A DNA stretch of 64,000 nucleotides, from NCBI GenBank assembly GCA_021323475.1, contig JAJQJM010000001.1, forward strand, positions 141 through 64,140, written 5' to 3'. This stretch comes from Vampirovibrio sp. GTDB lineage: Bacteria; Cyanobacteriota; Vampirovibrionia; Vampirovibrionales; Vampirovibrionaceae. The position numbers were made by a program, and so were the translations under genes. This document shows, piece after piece, positions 1 to 9,418 of this stretch; position 1 is the first letter of the stretch, and the number at the start of each line of letters is the position of its first letter. The notes under the pieces were generated by a model. That model saw nothing but the letters and a program-made list of their open reading frames with translations. It did no database searches and was not told the DNA's origin.

Positions 1-795
1 GATCAACTCAACGACAAGACCGTGATTGAGGTTTTTGCCTCTCAGGTGGCGAAAAAATACGACAATATTCACGTACCCAGCATTTACCAGGAGCTGGTGA
101 ACCATATTGAAAAGAAAAACACTGGCATCGTCAAAACCGATGACCTGATGCTGGAAACCATCACCTCGCTGGCAGGCGCTTTGGAAGCGAAAGATCGCTA
201 CACCCGCGGACACTCGCAGGCGGTCGCCAATTATGCGGTGGCCCTGGCCCACGCCTTGCAGATGAACGCCGCCGAAGTAGAGGAGATCCGCACGGCGGCT
301 TTCCTGCACGACATCGGTAAAATCGGCATTCCCGAGGATATTTTGTGCAAAAGCGGCCCACTGAACGAGAAAGAGTGGGAAATCATGAAACAGCATCCCG
401 TCATTGGGGCGCAGCAGATTTTATACCCGGTGGCCAGCCTGCGGCCCATTATTCCTGCCGTGGAGTGCCACCATGAAAACTGGGACGGCACCGGCCATCC
501 GCATGGCTACAAGGGCGAGAAAATTCCGCTGGGCGCACGTATTGTGTCCATCGTGGATGCGTTCCATGCGCTCACCTCGGAACGTTCTTACCGCAAAGCA
601 TTACCAGTCGCTGAAGCCCGCAAAATTTTGGAAGCAGGGGCGGATACCAAGTGGGATCCGCATCTGCTGGAGGTGTTTTTCGGCATCCTGACCGTCGCCT
701 CTCCGAAGGCGCCTTCCAATAGCAAGCCGGACGAAGCAAAACCGGACATTACCGGCATTATCAGCCCGGTGCAACTCAAGCTGCACACCACCTGA
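1..795 (+). CDS. HD-GYP domain cyclic-di-GMP phosphodiesterase, probably 5'-truncated by the window edge
   Basis: The reading frame is open from nucleotide 1. It contains an HD motif (FLHDIGKIGIPEDIL) and HHENWDGTGHP...GARIVSIVDAFHALTSERSYRKAL, which is typical of HD-GYP domains. Confidence 0.8.
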   Translation, partial: DQLNDKTVIEVFASQVAKKYDNIHVPSIYQELVNHIEKKNTGIVKTDDLMLETITSLAGALEAKDRYTRGHSQAVANYAVALAHALQMNAAEVEEIRTAAFLHDIGKIGIPEDILCKSGPLNEKEWEIMKQHPVIGAQQILYPVASLRPIIPAVECHHENWDGTGHPHGYKGEKIPLGARIVSIVDAFHALTSERSYRKALPVAEARKILEAGADTKWDPHLLEVFFGILTVASPKAPSNSKPDEAKPDITGIISPVQLKLHTT

Positions 796-952
796 ACCAG
801 GCGACGCCCGCAAGCGCAAAGCACATGCCCAGCAGCTTTTCAGCGGAACGCATGTAAATTGACTTACCCACCTGGTTTTTCTTACAATAAAGAATCCTGC
901 CGGAGATTCACGACATCCGCAGGCCATCAATTATAGGGAGCGCTTAAACCGC

Positions 953-1180
953 ATGACCACCATCACTCAGATTGCATGTGACTTGAACGAGAAAGTGGAC
1001 AACCGTTACGCCCTGGTGCTTGAGATCGCTGAACTCGGCAAGCGTCTGCTGGAAGACAGCCGGGAAAAAATGGGCCACGATCCGTTTTCCAAAGTCTCCA
1101 CCTCCTCGGAAAAAGTTATTTACCAGGCGCTGATTATGAAATCCAGCGAAATTGATATCGGCGACGGACTCATCGGTTAA
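953..1180 (+). CDS. rpoZ: putative RNA polymerase omega subunit (RpoZ-like small protein)
   Basis: 75-aa protein. LNEKVDNRYALVLEIAELGKRL resembles the RpoZ N-terminal helix (KxDxKYxLVxxxAxRARQ). An AGGGAG RBS lies 10 nt upstream, and a terminator follows. Confidence 0.45.
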   Translation: MTTITQIACDLNEKVDNRYALVLEIAELGKRLLEDSREKMGHDPFSKVSTSSEKVIYQALIMKSSEIDIGDGLIG

Positions 1181-1206
1181 GTTCGATCCCAATTCCAGAT
1201 TTTCAA

Positions 1207-1242
1207 CAAGAGTCCGCACATTGTGTGGGCTCTTGTTTTTTT
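1207..1242 (+). terminator. rho-independent terminator after the rpoZ-like gene
   Basis: The hairpin stem CAAGAG...CTCTTG is followed by a T7 run. Confidence 0.6.
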
Positions 1243-1687
1243 AAAAGCCCTGCACTTCGAAACACTTCTTAATACTGGATATACGCCTCAACCCAAGCAT
1301 GTTCATCAAAATGATAGATGAAAACGCCCTTCTCCATGCAAATTTCGCAGTATCCGTATATCCATCGCAAAGATTCGCTTCATTTTATTAACATGAGCCT
1401 ACTCATAATACGGTTGAGTTGTTATAATAGTGAATGAAAGTGCAAAGATAAAAATAAGCCCATTGAGGGGTTTTTTAGGAAAGAAAGAGGGATATGATGC
1501 CAAGTAATGGTAGGGCTTCACGTGTTCAACAGGCAACTGACTCCAACATGCATTTACGCGCAGTTAAGAGAGACTAAAGAGGCGGCTGAAGCGGCTTAGA
1601 CAGGCAATCATTCCACACTTAAAACCCAATCACCCATTCTAATGATCCATTATCCTACATCCAGAACGTAAGAGGAGATTACCCAGC

Positions 1688-1867
1688 ATGAATCGGCCCA
1701 TGAAACGCTACGTGGAAAAATTCGAGGCTCTGGATTTTGCGGCCGGCATCTACAATGCTCGCACCTTGAAGCGTGAACGTTATAACCAACGGGATTTTTT
1801 GGAATACCTCAGCGCCTATGAGCTGTTGGAGGCTGAGCCCATGTTTACCGAAGAGGCTTGGGAATAA
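1688..1867 (+). CDS. small hypothetical protein (59 aa, MNRPMKRYVEKFEALDF...)
   Basis: ATG preceded by a strong RBS (AAGAGGAGA). It falls below the ORF-track length cutoff and is followed by a perfect hairpin. Confidence 0.35.
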   Translation: MNRPMKRYVEKFEALDFAAGIYNARTLKRERYNQRDFLEYLSAYELLEAEPMFTEEAWE

Positions 1868-1897
1868 CCGAATCAGCCCAACCGGATTTCAAAATTG

Positions 1898-1936
1898 GAC
1901 TAAAGAGAGCTTGTCGCCAAGCTCTCTTTAGTCTTT
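1898..1936 (+). terminator. perfect 16-bp stem hairpin (GACTAAAGAGAGCTTG/CAAGCTCTCTTTAGTC) with a short T tract; terminator or leader structure just upstream of the TPR gene
   Basis: The inverted repeat is visible in the sequence, and TTT follows it. Confidence 0.5.
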
Positions 1937-1948
1937 GATAGACACAGT

Positions 1949-3847
1949 ATGAAAAAAGGCTTTCGTAACTTTCTGGATAAAATCGGCCACTACAATAAGT
2001 TGGTGGACGAGTATAAGCGCGCGGTAGGCAGCTCGCCCGATCATGCCATGGCCTACGTGAACTGGGGCATTGACCTGGCCCAGGAAGGCAACATGGAGGA
2101 CGCCCTATTAAAATTTGAGAAAGCCAGCGAGATAGCGCCGCATCGGTTTGAACCCTTTCTGAACTGGGGCGTGGCCCTAGCCAAGATGAACCGGCTGGAT
2201 GAGGCCATTGAGAAGTTTAAAACCGCTATCCAGAAGGACAACAAGGCGGTCAACCCTTACATTTTATGGGGCGCCGCCCTGATGGAGCAGGGAAAGTCGG
2301 ATGAAGCCAAGGAAAAATACGAGCGCGCCATCGCACTCAATCCGGAAAACCCGGAACCCTACGTAAACTGCAGCATTGCAATGGCCCGTGCCGGTCAATA
2401 CCGGGACGCCATTAAAAACCTGAAGCAGGCGCTCGCCATACACGGGTACCAGCCGCAGTTGTATTTCCTGTGGGGCGTCATTCTGGCGGAATTGCAGGAT
2501 TATGAAACGGCCATTGAAAAATTCCAGATTACCCTGCGGTTTATTCCCAAGCACTCGGAGGCCTATTACTTCTGGAGCGTGGCCTTGAACCGGCTGGGCC
2601 GTTACGAGGAAGCGCTGGAAAAATCAAAGAAAGCCCTGGGCTTGGAGCAGGAAAAACCGGAGATTTACCTGAACCAGGGGGATATTCTGGCCAACCTGAA
2701 CCGGCTGGATGTGGCGATTTCCAATTACCGGCATGCCATTACGCTGGATCCGGATTTGCCGGAAGCCTACCTGAGCTGGGGCGTTGCCTTGTGCCGCCTG
2801 GGCCAAAACGAGGAAGGCTATGCCAAACTGGCAAAAAGCCTGGAACTGGACCCGGAGCTGATTGGCGTGCAGCAGCAATGGGGACATTTCCTGCTGGAGG
2901 AAAAACGTTACGCAGAAGCGCTGGAGCATTTGCGCCAGGCCGCCCAGCAAGAGCCGGACAGCCTGGATGTGCTGCTGAATTTATCTCTGGCCCTGATTAA
3001 GACCGGCCACCAGAGTGAGGCGGTGGATCTGCTGTTTGAAATCGAGAAAAAGGATCGCTGGAACCCTCAGGCCCACTATTTATTGGGCACTCATTTTATG
3101 GGAGCGGGGAATTTGGCGAAAGCTCAGGAGCATTTATCCAAAGCGCTGGAAGAAAAGCCCGATTTTGAAGATGCCTCTGTGAATATGGCGCTGGTGCTGT
3201 GCGAAATGGGCGAAACCCTGGAAGCGGTCCGTCGGATGCGACCGGTGATTCGGCGCAACCCGGAATCCGCCCGAAACAACTTCTTTTACGGGGTTATTCT
3301 CTTCCGGCATAGCGATTACAAAGAAGCATTGACCAAGTATCAAAAAGCGCTCGCCTTGCAGCCGGAATACCCGGAAGCCCAAATCGGGCTGGGAGAAGTG
3401 CTGCTTCGCCTGGGGCACCTGGAAGAGGCCGAAACCCAGTTCCAGCAAATCCTATCAGAAAAGCCGGACTCTGTTCCGACCCTGTATTTGCTGGGCCTAT
3501 GCCAGATACGCCGGGCGGATTCAAGAACCGACCAACCGGACAAAGAATCGCTGTACCGACTTGCCTTGCAGCAATTTGAAAAAGCCGGTACGTTGGATCC
3601 GACTCACCTGGACGCCCAGGCAAACCGAGCCTTCATCCTCGGAAGACTGGAGTCGGTTCAGTCCATGAATACCGCGTTTGAGCAGCTGCTCGCAAGCAAC
3701 ACAGAGGATCTTCACCCCTTAATTCTTTATTACTGGGCCAAATCACTGGAGCAGCTAGGCGAGGTGGAGCTTGCCGCACAAAAAATGAGCCTGGCCCGTG
3801 CGGCAAACCCGGATATAGAAACCCAAATGCAGAGCGTCTCCATTTAA
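1949..3847 (+). CDS. tetratricopeptide (TPR) repeat protein
   Basis: 632 aa with many 34-residue W/LG/Y...A...F/Y..A..P repeats (e.g. AYVNWGIDLAQEGNMEDALLKFEKASEIAP). Confidence 0.8.
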   Translation: MKKGFRNFLDKIGHYNKLVDEYKRAVGSSPDHAMAYVNWGIDLAQEGNMEDALLKFEKASEIAPHRFEPFLNWGVALAKMNRLDEAIEKFKTAIQKDNKAVNPYILWGAALMEQGKSDEAKEKYERAIALNPENPEPYVNCSIAMARAGQYRDAIKNLKQALAIHGYQPQLYFLWGVILAELQDYETAIEKFQITLRFIPKHSEAYYFWSVALNRLGRYEEALEKSKKALGLEQEKPEIYLNQGDILANLNRLDVAISNYRHAITLDPDLPEAYLSWGVALCRLGQNEEGYAKLAKSLELDPELIGVQQQWGHFLLEEKRYAEALEHLRQAAQQEPDSLDVLLNLSLALIKTGHQSEAVDLLFEIEKKDRWNPQAHYLLGTHFMGAGNLAKAQEHLSKALEEKPDFEDASVNMALVLCEMGETLEAVRRMRPVIRRNPESARNNFFYGVILFRHSDYKEALTKYQKALALQPEYPEAQIGLGEVLLRLGHLEEAETQFQQILSEKPDSVPTLYLLGLCQIRRADSRTDQPDKESLYRLALQQFEKAGTLDPTHLDAQANRAFILGRLESVQSMNTAFEQLLASNTEDLHPLILYYWAKSLEQLGEVELAAQKMSLARAANPDIETQMQSVSI

Positions 3848-3909
3848 GCGGATCGGTTCGGGTATAATGGCAGGCATATCATTTTGCTGTTGCTTGGAGA
3901 ACGCCCATC

Positions 3910-4665
3910 ATGCAAAAAAGCCTTGAAACCCTGAAGGCCGCGCTAAAAGAGCGCAACGCCGTTAAAATCATTGCCGGCATCGCCAACCTGGATTTGGATA
4001 ATATCCTGCAAGTGGCCCGCGCCGCCGAAGCCGCTGGCGCACATGCCGTAGACGTTGCCGCCCATCCGCAAATCGTGGAAGCGGTTCGTGAAGTGACTTC
4101 CGCCGTTATCTTCGCTTCCAGCGTGGAACCCAAAGCATTGGCCGCCGCTGTAGCTGCCGGTGCCGATGTCGCTGAATTGGGCAACTTTGACGCCCTGTAC
4201 GATCAAGGCCTGTTCCTGAGCGCTGAAGAAGTGCTGAAACTGGCGGAAGAAACCGTTGCCCTGGTAAAAGGCCAAGCGCTGGTATCCATTACCGTTCCGG
4301 GCCACCTGACCTTGGAAAGCCAAGTGCAACTGGCTGGCCAACTGGAAGCGCTGGGCGTGGACCTGATTCAGACCGAAGGCGCCGCTCGTGTATTGTCCAG
4401 CGAACCCACGGTTAAATCCTTGACCCCGGCTGAAAAAGAAGAAGTGACGCTGCGCAACACCCGCGCACTGGTAAAAGCCACCCGTCTGCCGGTAATGACC
4501 GCAAGCGGCATGACTGCCGACAATGTGGCATTGGCCTTTGAAACCGGCGCTGCTGCGGTTGGCATTGGCGCATACATCAATCAAGCCGGAAACGAAGCCG
4601 AAATGACCCGTCGCGCCGGAGCGGTTATGACCAACCGTACCCGCGTTATCAGCCAGGTTTCCTAA
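3910..4665 (+). CDS. Ycf23/DUF561-like TIM-barrel protein
   Basis: 251 aa. The motifs KIIAGIANLDLDNI, VDVAAHPQIV and ASSVEP resemble the cyanobacterial/plastid ycf23 family, recalled from memory. Confidence 0.5.
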   Translation: MQKSLETLKAALKERNAVKIIAGIANLDLDNILQVARAAEAAGAHAVDVAAHPQIVEAVREVTSAVIFASSVEPKALAAAVAAGADVAELGNFDALYDQGLFLSAEEVLKLAEETVALVKGQALVSITVPGHLTLESQVQLAGQLEALGVDLIQTEGAARVLSSEPTVKSLTPAEKEEVTLRNTRALVKATRLPVMTASGMTADNVALAFETGAAAVGIGAYINQAGNEAEMTRRAGAVMTNRTRVISQVS

Positions 4666-4683
4666 AATCACAAACAAAATAAT

Positions 4684-4726
4684 CCGGGGTTATTGATTAA
4701 TGGATAACCCCGGATATATTTTTGTG
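4684..4726 (+). terminator. rho-independent terminator
   Basis: 10-bp perfect stem CCGGGGTTAT/ATAACCCCGG followed by ATATATTTTTGTG. Confidence 0.7.
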
Positions 4727-5052
4727 TAGAAAAATGTATCTATTTCCCCAATTTAACGGCTACTCAAAATTAATTTCAAGGAAATTTCCCATCGGGCATC
4801 TTGTTTTGCTATAATAAATTCCGCGAAAGTTAAACAAAACGAACTACTCAATTCTCCAGCTTTACCAACGAACACACCTACTACTACACTATGTCATCTC
4901 CTCTAATCAGGTAAAGCTGTTTTTCTTTAGGCGCGCTCTCTCTGCTACCTCTCTCGCCTCTAAAGAAAAACTTTGTGCCAAGAGTAAAATAAACTTAAAG
5001 CAAAACAGGCACCCTGCTTGTTTTTGGGTTTTCTTCCCCTACAATAGAAGCC

Positions 5053-5793
5053 ATGCCCACACCTTCCGCTGTAACCGATATTCCTTCCATCGTCCAAGCC
5101 AGCAGGCTTCGTCATGTGGCTATTATCATGGACGGCAATCGCCGCTGGGCCAAGCAAAAGCTGCTGCCCACCCTGATTGGACACAAGCAAGGCGTAGATG
5201 CCCTGAAACAATTGGTGCGTTACGCCGGTGATATTGGCCTGCAAGCCCTGACGGTATATGCGTTTTCCACGGAAAACTGGCAGCGCAGCGAAGAGGAAGT
5301 GGGCTACCTGATGAAGCTGTTTCTGGAAGCGCTGGCCGCGGAACTGGACGACCTGCATGAAAACAATGTGCGCATCCGGTTCATCGGTGACTTAACGTCT
5401 TTTTCTCCGGCATTATATAACCTGATCCAATCTGCCCACGCCAAAACCGAACATAACACCGGCTTGCAGTTTCAAATTGCCGCCAATTATGGCGGGCGTC
5501 AGGAAATTATTAACGCCATGAAGCAACTGGGCCAAGGCATTCAATCCGGTGAGCTATCCCCCGAGGACATTACGGAAGAAGCCATTCAGACCCGCCTGTA
5601 TACTCACGGTTTGCCCGATCTGGACTTGTTAATCCGTACCGGCGGGGAGTATCGGATCAGCAATTATTTGTTGTGGCAATGCGCCTATTCGGAAATTTAC
5701 GTCACGGAAACTTTGTGGCCGGACTTCAGCCCGGAAGCGTTTAATCAAGCCATTCAGGAATTTGCCCACCGAGAACGGCGATACGGGCAATAA
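5053..5793 (+). CDS. uppS: isoprenyl transferase / undecaprenyl-diphosphate synthase
   Basis: IIMDGNRRWAKQ and other cis-prenyltransferase motifs; 246 aa. Confidence 0.9.
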   Translation: MPTPSAVTDIPSIVQASRLRHVAIIMDGNRRWAKQKLLPTLIGHKQGVDALKQLVRYAGDIGLQALTVYAFSTENWQRSEEEVGYLMKLFLEALAAELDDLHENNVRIRFIGDLTSFSPALYNLIQSAHAKTEHNTGLQFQIAANYGGRQEIINAMKQLGQGIQSGELSPEDITEEAIQTRLYTHGLPDLDLLIRTGGEYRISNYLLWQCAYSEIYVTETLWPDFSPEAFNQAIQEFAHRERRYGQ

Positions 5794-5810
5794 GATTTTT
5801 TAATGGTTCC

Positions 5811-5853
5811 AATCAAAACGGCAGCTCCTTTTTAGAATGCTGCCGTTTTGATT
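5811..5853. terminator. bidirectional terminator hairpin between convergent uppS and ridA
   Basis: 15-bp perfect stem AATCAAAACGGCAGC/GCTGCCGTTTTGATT. Confidence 0.65.
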
Positions 5854-5881
5854 AATGCGATTAATGCAATGTGGCTTGTAA

Positions 5882-6364
5882 TTATGGATGGATTTCCACG
5901 ATTAGCTCCACTTCCACGGACGCGTTGCGGGGCAAACTGCTAACGCCGACCGCGGAGCGCACATGTTTACCCGCTTCACCAAAGCACTCCACCAAAAAGT
6001 CGGACGCGCCGTTCATCACAGCGGGCTGCTCATAGAAGCAGGATGTGCTGCTCACAAAACCGGTGACTTTCACAATGCGTTTCACACGCTCCAATTGACC
6101 GTTCAATTCATGGTTAATCAGACTCAATGCGTTCAGCACACACAATTTTGCCGCCTGCTTGCCGTACTCCGCATCCACTCCCCAGGACCCGATAGCGCCG
6201 GTATAGGCAACCTCCCCGTTCTGCATGGGCAAAACCCCGGAGGTATACAGTAAGTTATCAACACGGGTTACCGCCACATAACTGCCAATCGGCAAGGGAG
6301 GTGGGGGTAGTTGTTCCTTCAGGGCGGATAAATTTGCCGGAAGCTGCAACTCACTGGTAGACAT
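5882..6364 (-). CDS. ridA: RidA/YjgF family reactive-intermediate deaminase
   Basis: 160 aa with a YjgF/RidA-like fold signature (…KVTGFV…NASVEVELIVEI). Confidence 0.75.
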   Translation of the reverse strand: MSTSELQLPANLSALKEQLPPPPLPIGSYVAVTRVDNLLYTSGVLPMQNGEVAYTGAIGSWGVDAEYGKQAAKLCVLNALSLINHELNGQLERVKRIVKVTGFVSSTSCFYEQPAVMNGASDFLVECFGEAGKHVRSAVGVSSLPRNASVEVELIVEIHP

Positions 6365-6422
6365 AGACGTTTCCTTTCATTGGGAAGGTGCGCGGTACCC
6401 ATCATATTACAGTCAGAGACTG

Positions 6423-6620
6423 CTAGAAATCCGTCAGTAAATCTTCCAGCGTACATTCCAGCAAACGGCACATTTTAACCAAGGTGGGCAGGCGAGGATA
6501 GGAACGCCCCTGATTCCAGTACATAACAGTTTGATGGTCCAAATCCAGCTTATCCGCCAGTTTCCGCATATTCCAGCCTTTATTGCGCCGAGCGACCTCG
6601 GCAATTTTAAGACGCATAGC
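6423..6620 (-). CDS. XRE-family helix-turn-helix transcriptional regulator (start taken at MRLKIAE)
   Basis: MRLKIAEVARRNKGWNMRKLADKLDLDHQTVMYWNQGRSYP is a classic Cro/C1-type HTH. Confidence 0.7.
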   Translation of the reverse strand, partial: AMRLKIAEVARRNKGWNMRKLADKLDLDHQTVMYWNQGRSYPRLPTLVKMCRLLECTLEDLLTDF

Positions 6621-6850
6621 ATGCCCCCTACAAACAAAAACCGAAGATACACCCACTCAATCTATTGGAATTTTTGGTTTAGAATAGCTAGGCGCTTGAT
6701 GCGCGATATTTCAGCACTTTCAACCGGTCAGCTCCAACAGAATCCGTTATATTTCCTAAGAATATTCTATCATTTTTGAAAGAAAATCCATCATTAATGA
6801 AATCTACCTTAACATTTTGGTAAATGCTTACAGGCTAGGGGCTCCTATCA

Positions 6851-7267
6851 ATGAAACCTTCCGATAAAAAACTAGGTCTTGCCATTCAATTGTTCCTAAT
6901 GCGGAACGGCTTACAAATCGATGATGTGGCCAAGCAAATGGGAATTACCGGCGATGCGCTCTCCAATTTAATCCACGGTCGCCGGGGCTTTAAAAATGAA
7001 ACCCTGGAAAAACTGGCTGAAACGCCCGCTTTTAAAAACAGTCCTTTTTCCCTGAACAAGTTGCGCGCATTAAGGGCGATGGATGAATACCCTTTTGAGG
7101 AACTGATTTTAGCGCTGGTGGAATACATCAAGCAGGGTGAGATTGAGCGTCTTCCGAAAGACTTTTTTCAACGCCTGCAGGCCACTCTGGAAGGGGAGGG
7201 TTTTCCCCCGACGCTTGCAAGTAAAAAGCATGCGCTTCTCGCACTAATTCAAGAAGACCGTTCGTAA
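6851..7267 (+). CDS. hypothetical protein with an N-terminal HTH-like segment
   Basis: 138 aa. IDDVAKQMGITGDALSNLIHGRR is HTH-like. It is divergent from the XRE gene across an AT-rich 230-bp region. Confidence 0.5.
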   Translation: MKPSDKKLGLAIQLFLMRNGLQIDDVAKQMGITGDALSNLIHGRRGFKNETLEKLAETPAFKNSPFSLNKLRALRAMDEYPFEELILALVEYIKQGEIERLPKDFFQRLQATLEGEGFPPTLASKKHALLALIQEDRS

Positions 7268-7458
7268 ATTCCTCACAATCCATCAATACCTCCCCCGATT
7301 TGATTTATTGGCTTGATTCCCCTTTTAAGCCAGCCGACAGCCTAACAGTCGCAGGGCACACAGTCGGTCTGCTAGCCCAAGCGCCATAAACCCAAACTCG
7401 GCTGATGTTTATCCAATATCCCTTAGTTATATCGGAAAAGTTGCGAGCTGCAGGACGT

Positions 7459-7493
7459 AAAATATTCGGTTTTATTACAAAACCGAATATTTA
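7459..7493. terminator. bidirectional terminator (14-bp perfect inverted repeat AAATATTCGGTTTT/AAAACCGAATATTT)
   Basis: The palindrome is seen directly in the sequence, between convergent gene ends. Confidence 0.6.
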
Positions 7494-7525
7494 CATTAAA
7501 CCTTCTAAGCCAAATACCGACTGGA

Positions 7526-7804
7526 CTAAAGCCCGTAACGAAACATAGCCCAGAACATGACGACACTGTAAATTGTCATCGCAATGCCCCGCATAAAGTG
7601 GCCTTCGGGAACCAACACCAATATTAAAATGCCCAGCAGGAAGAACAGCGTGAACATAATCATCATCCGTTCCTGAGACATTTTTTTGCGTTTGCTCGGG
7701 GTTGCGTTGGATGAACTTTCAACTTTGGAGGAGTCTGGTGAGGCCATGATAAAAAGTCCTGGTGGTTGGGAATGCCACCAGTTTACCACAAGCCTAGTGA
7801 GCAC
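7526..7804 (-). CDS. small hydrophobic membrane protein
   Basis: 92 aa with two predicted TM segments. Its start overlaps the stop of the upstream TrmB-family gene by 11 nt, which implies an operon. Confidence 0.45.
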   Translation of the reverse strand: MLTRLVVNWWHSQPPGLFIMASPDSSKVESSSNATPSKRKKMSQERMMIMFTLFFLLGILILVLVPEGHFMRGIAMTIYSVVMFWAMFRYGL

Positions 7805-8606
7805 CCACTCCCAGTTCCGCGCCCAAAATTTTACGGCGCAATAACAGCATGTTGCGTCCGTACAGACGCTCGATTTCCGGCAAAAGATTCCGCTGCACTT
7901 CCAGCAGGAAGAGGTTATGCACCACCAGTTCCTTAATCACCAGCACAATGCCGGGATTACGGGTTACCACAGCCTGCGGTGGCCGATCGCCGATACCCAC
8001 CGTGCTGACCAGCCCTTCCCGGCTGTCGGCGGAAAGAATAAGCCAGCGGCCACTCATCACGGAATGCTCGATTTCCGAATGCGGATACACTTCAATGCCT
8101 TCAATCTGGCAATTGTCATAGCCCACTACTTTTACATCTACCCCACGAGCCTGGGCTTCCCGTAAGGGTTGCGCCAACCGCTCTGAGTCCACCTGCCACA
8201 GTTCCACAAACACGGATTGCTGCGCATTGCGAATCATCTCCGTGGCATGCTTGAAGATGGATTCCTCGCCCCGCATGTTGATGACCGGCTCCACCGTTTC
8301 ATCGGCCAGGCTGGGCAGGGCTTCCCGCAGATAGCCTATAGATCCTTTAAAGGAACGTTCCCAACGGTCCAGCAACTCATCGGGCCGAATGGGCATGTAT
8401 GTCACCGGCTTGCCTCCGATGGCCACTACCACATTGCTGGATTCAAGCGCTTTCAGGGTATCGTAAGCTCTTGCCTGCGGCACCCCGGATTCCTTGCTGA
8501 TTTCGTAGCCGGTAGCAGGGTGGTGCTTCAGCAGCGCAAGGTAAACTTTGGCTTCGTACGTGTTGAACCCCAACTCTTTTAATTTGTCGATGAGGTTTTC
8601 CGACAA
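7794..8606 (-). CDS. TrmB-family transcriptional regulator
   Basis: N-terminal winged HTH (YEAKVYLALLKHHPATGYEISKESGVPQARAYDTLKALE) plus a C-terminal TrmB-like domain; 270 aa. Confidence 0.7.
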   Translation of the reverse strand: MSENLIDKLKELGFNTYEAKVYLALLKHHPATGYEISKESGVPQARAYDTLKALESSNVVVAIGGKPVTYMPIRPDELLDRWERSFKGSIGYLREALPSLADETVEPVINMRGEESIFKHATEMIRNAQQSVFVELWQVDSERLAQPLREAQARGVDVKVVGYDNCQIEGIEVYPHSEIEHSVMSGRWLILSADSREGLVSTVGIGDRPPQAVVTRNPGIVLVIKELVVHNLFLLEVQRNLLPEIERLYGRNMLLLRRKILGAELGVGAH

Positions 8607-8846
8607 TGGAGGAACCCTCGGCTACCATTAATGATACTTACTACAATTAGTAGTATATAGATGACTTTCAACGAAAGTCAAGCGCGGGACGATCCCTGAA
8701 AAACAACCGTATATTTTATATCGCAGACCCGCCAACAAATAAAGCCCGTATCTCAGGTATATCCATTCCTCATGCTTGCAGGCCGGTTGTTTGTGATATA
8801 TTGTTGGGTCTAAACTCTCTGGAAAGGAATTGGAGAAAGACTCATC

Positions 8847-9362
8847 ATGCAGGTAATTTTAACCAAAGACGTGGATACGTTGGGCAATAACGGCGATATT
8901 ATCGAGGTTTCCGACGGTTACTACCGCAACTACCTCGGCCCCAAAAACCTGGCCGTTTTGGCTACTAAAGGCTCCCTGGCCGATTTACAGCGTCGCATTG
9001 AGCGCATCCGCGCCAAGGCCGAACAAAAACACCAAGAAGATTTGGCAAAAGCCGAAAAAGTAATCGCTTTGGGCTTGATCACCCTGGAAGCCAACGCTGG
9101 CGAAACCGGCAAACTGTACGGCACCATTACCACCAAGGAATTGGCAAAAGTCCTGCAAGAGAAAACCGGCTTCGAAATCGAGCGTCGCAACGTGAACGTC
9201 GATCACCCCATCAACAAAGTGGGCGAATACAACGTATACGTTAAGTTCTCTCCCAAAGTGTCCGCAAGCGTGAAATTGCAAGTCAACGCCATCAAAGCCA
9301 AGCATGAGGAATTCGTGCTGGAAGATGCTTTCGCTGGCGAAGAAGACTACGACAACGAATAA
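8847..9362 (+). CDS. rplI: 50S ribosomal protein L9
   Basis: MQVILTKDVDTLGNNGDIIEVSDGYYRNYLGPKNLA matches the L9 N-domain, and the acidic C-terminal tail is typical of L9. Confidence 0.9.
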   Translation: MQVILTKDVDTLGNNGDIIEVSDGYYRNYLGPKNLAVLATKGSLADLQRRIERIRAKAEQKHQEDLAKAEKVIALGLITLEANAGETGKLYGTITTKELAKVLQEKTGFEIERRNVNVDHPINKVGEYNVYVKFSPKVSASVKLQVNAIKAKHEEFVLEDAFAGEEDYDNE

Positions 9363-9382
9363 ATTTCTATAAAGCAAGCATG

Positions 9383-9418
9383 ATTCAGGCAGGACAATAT
9401 CCTGCCTGAATTTTTATT
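9383..9418. terminator. bidirectional rho-independent terminator
   Basis: ATTCAGGCAGGA-CAAT-ATCCTGCCTGAAT followed by TTTTTATTT. Confidence 0.75.

Noticed and set aside
3943-4677. 244-aa ORF on the minus strand
   Set aside because: It is fully antisense to the well-supported Ycf23-like CDS. The Gly/Ala/Arg-rich low-complexity translation is typical of a GC-rich shadow frame.
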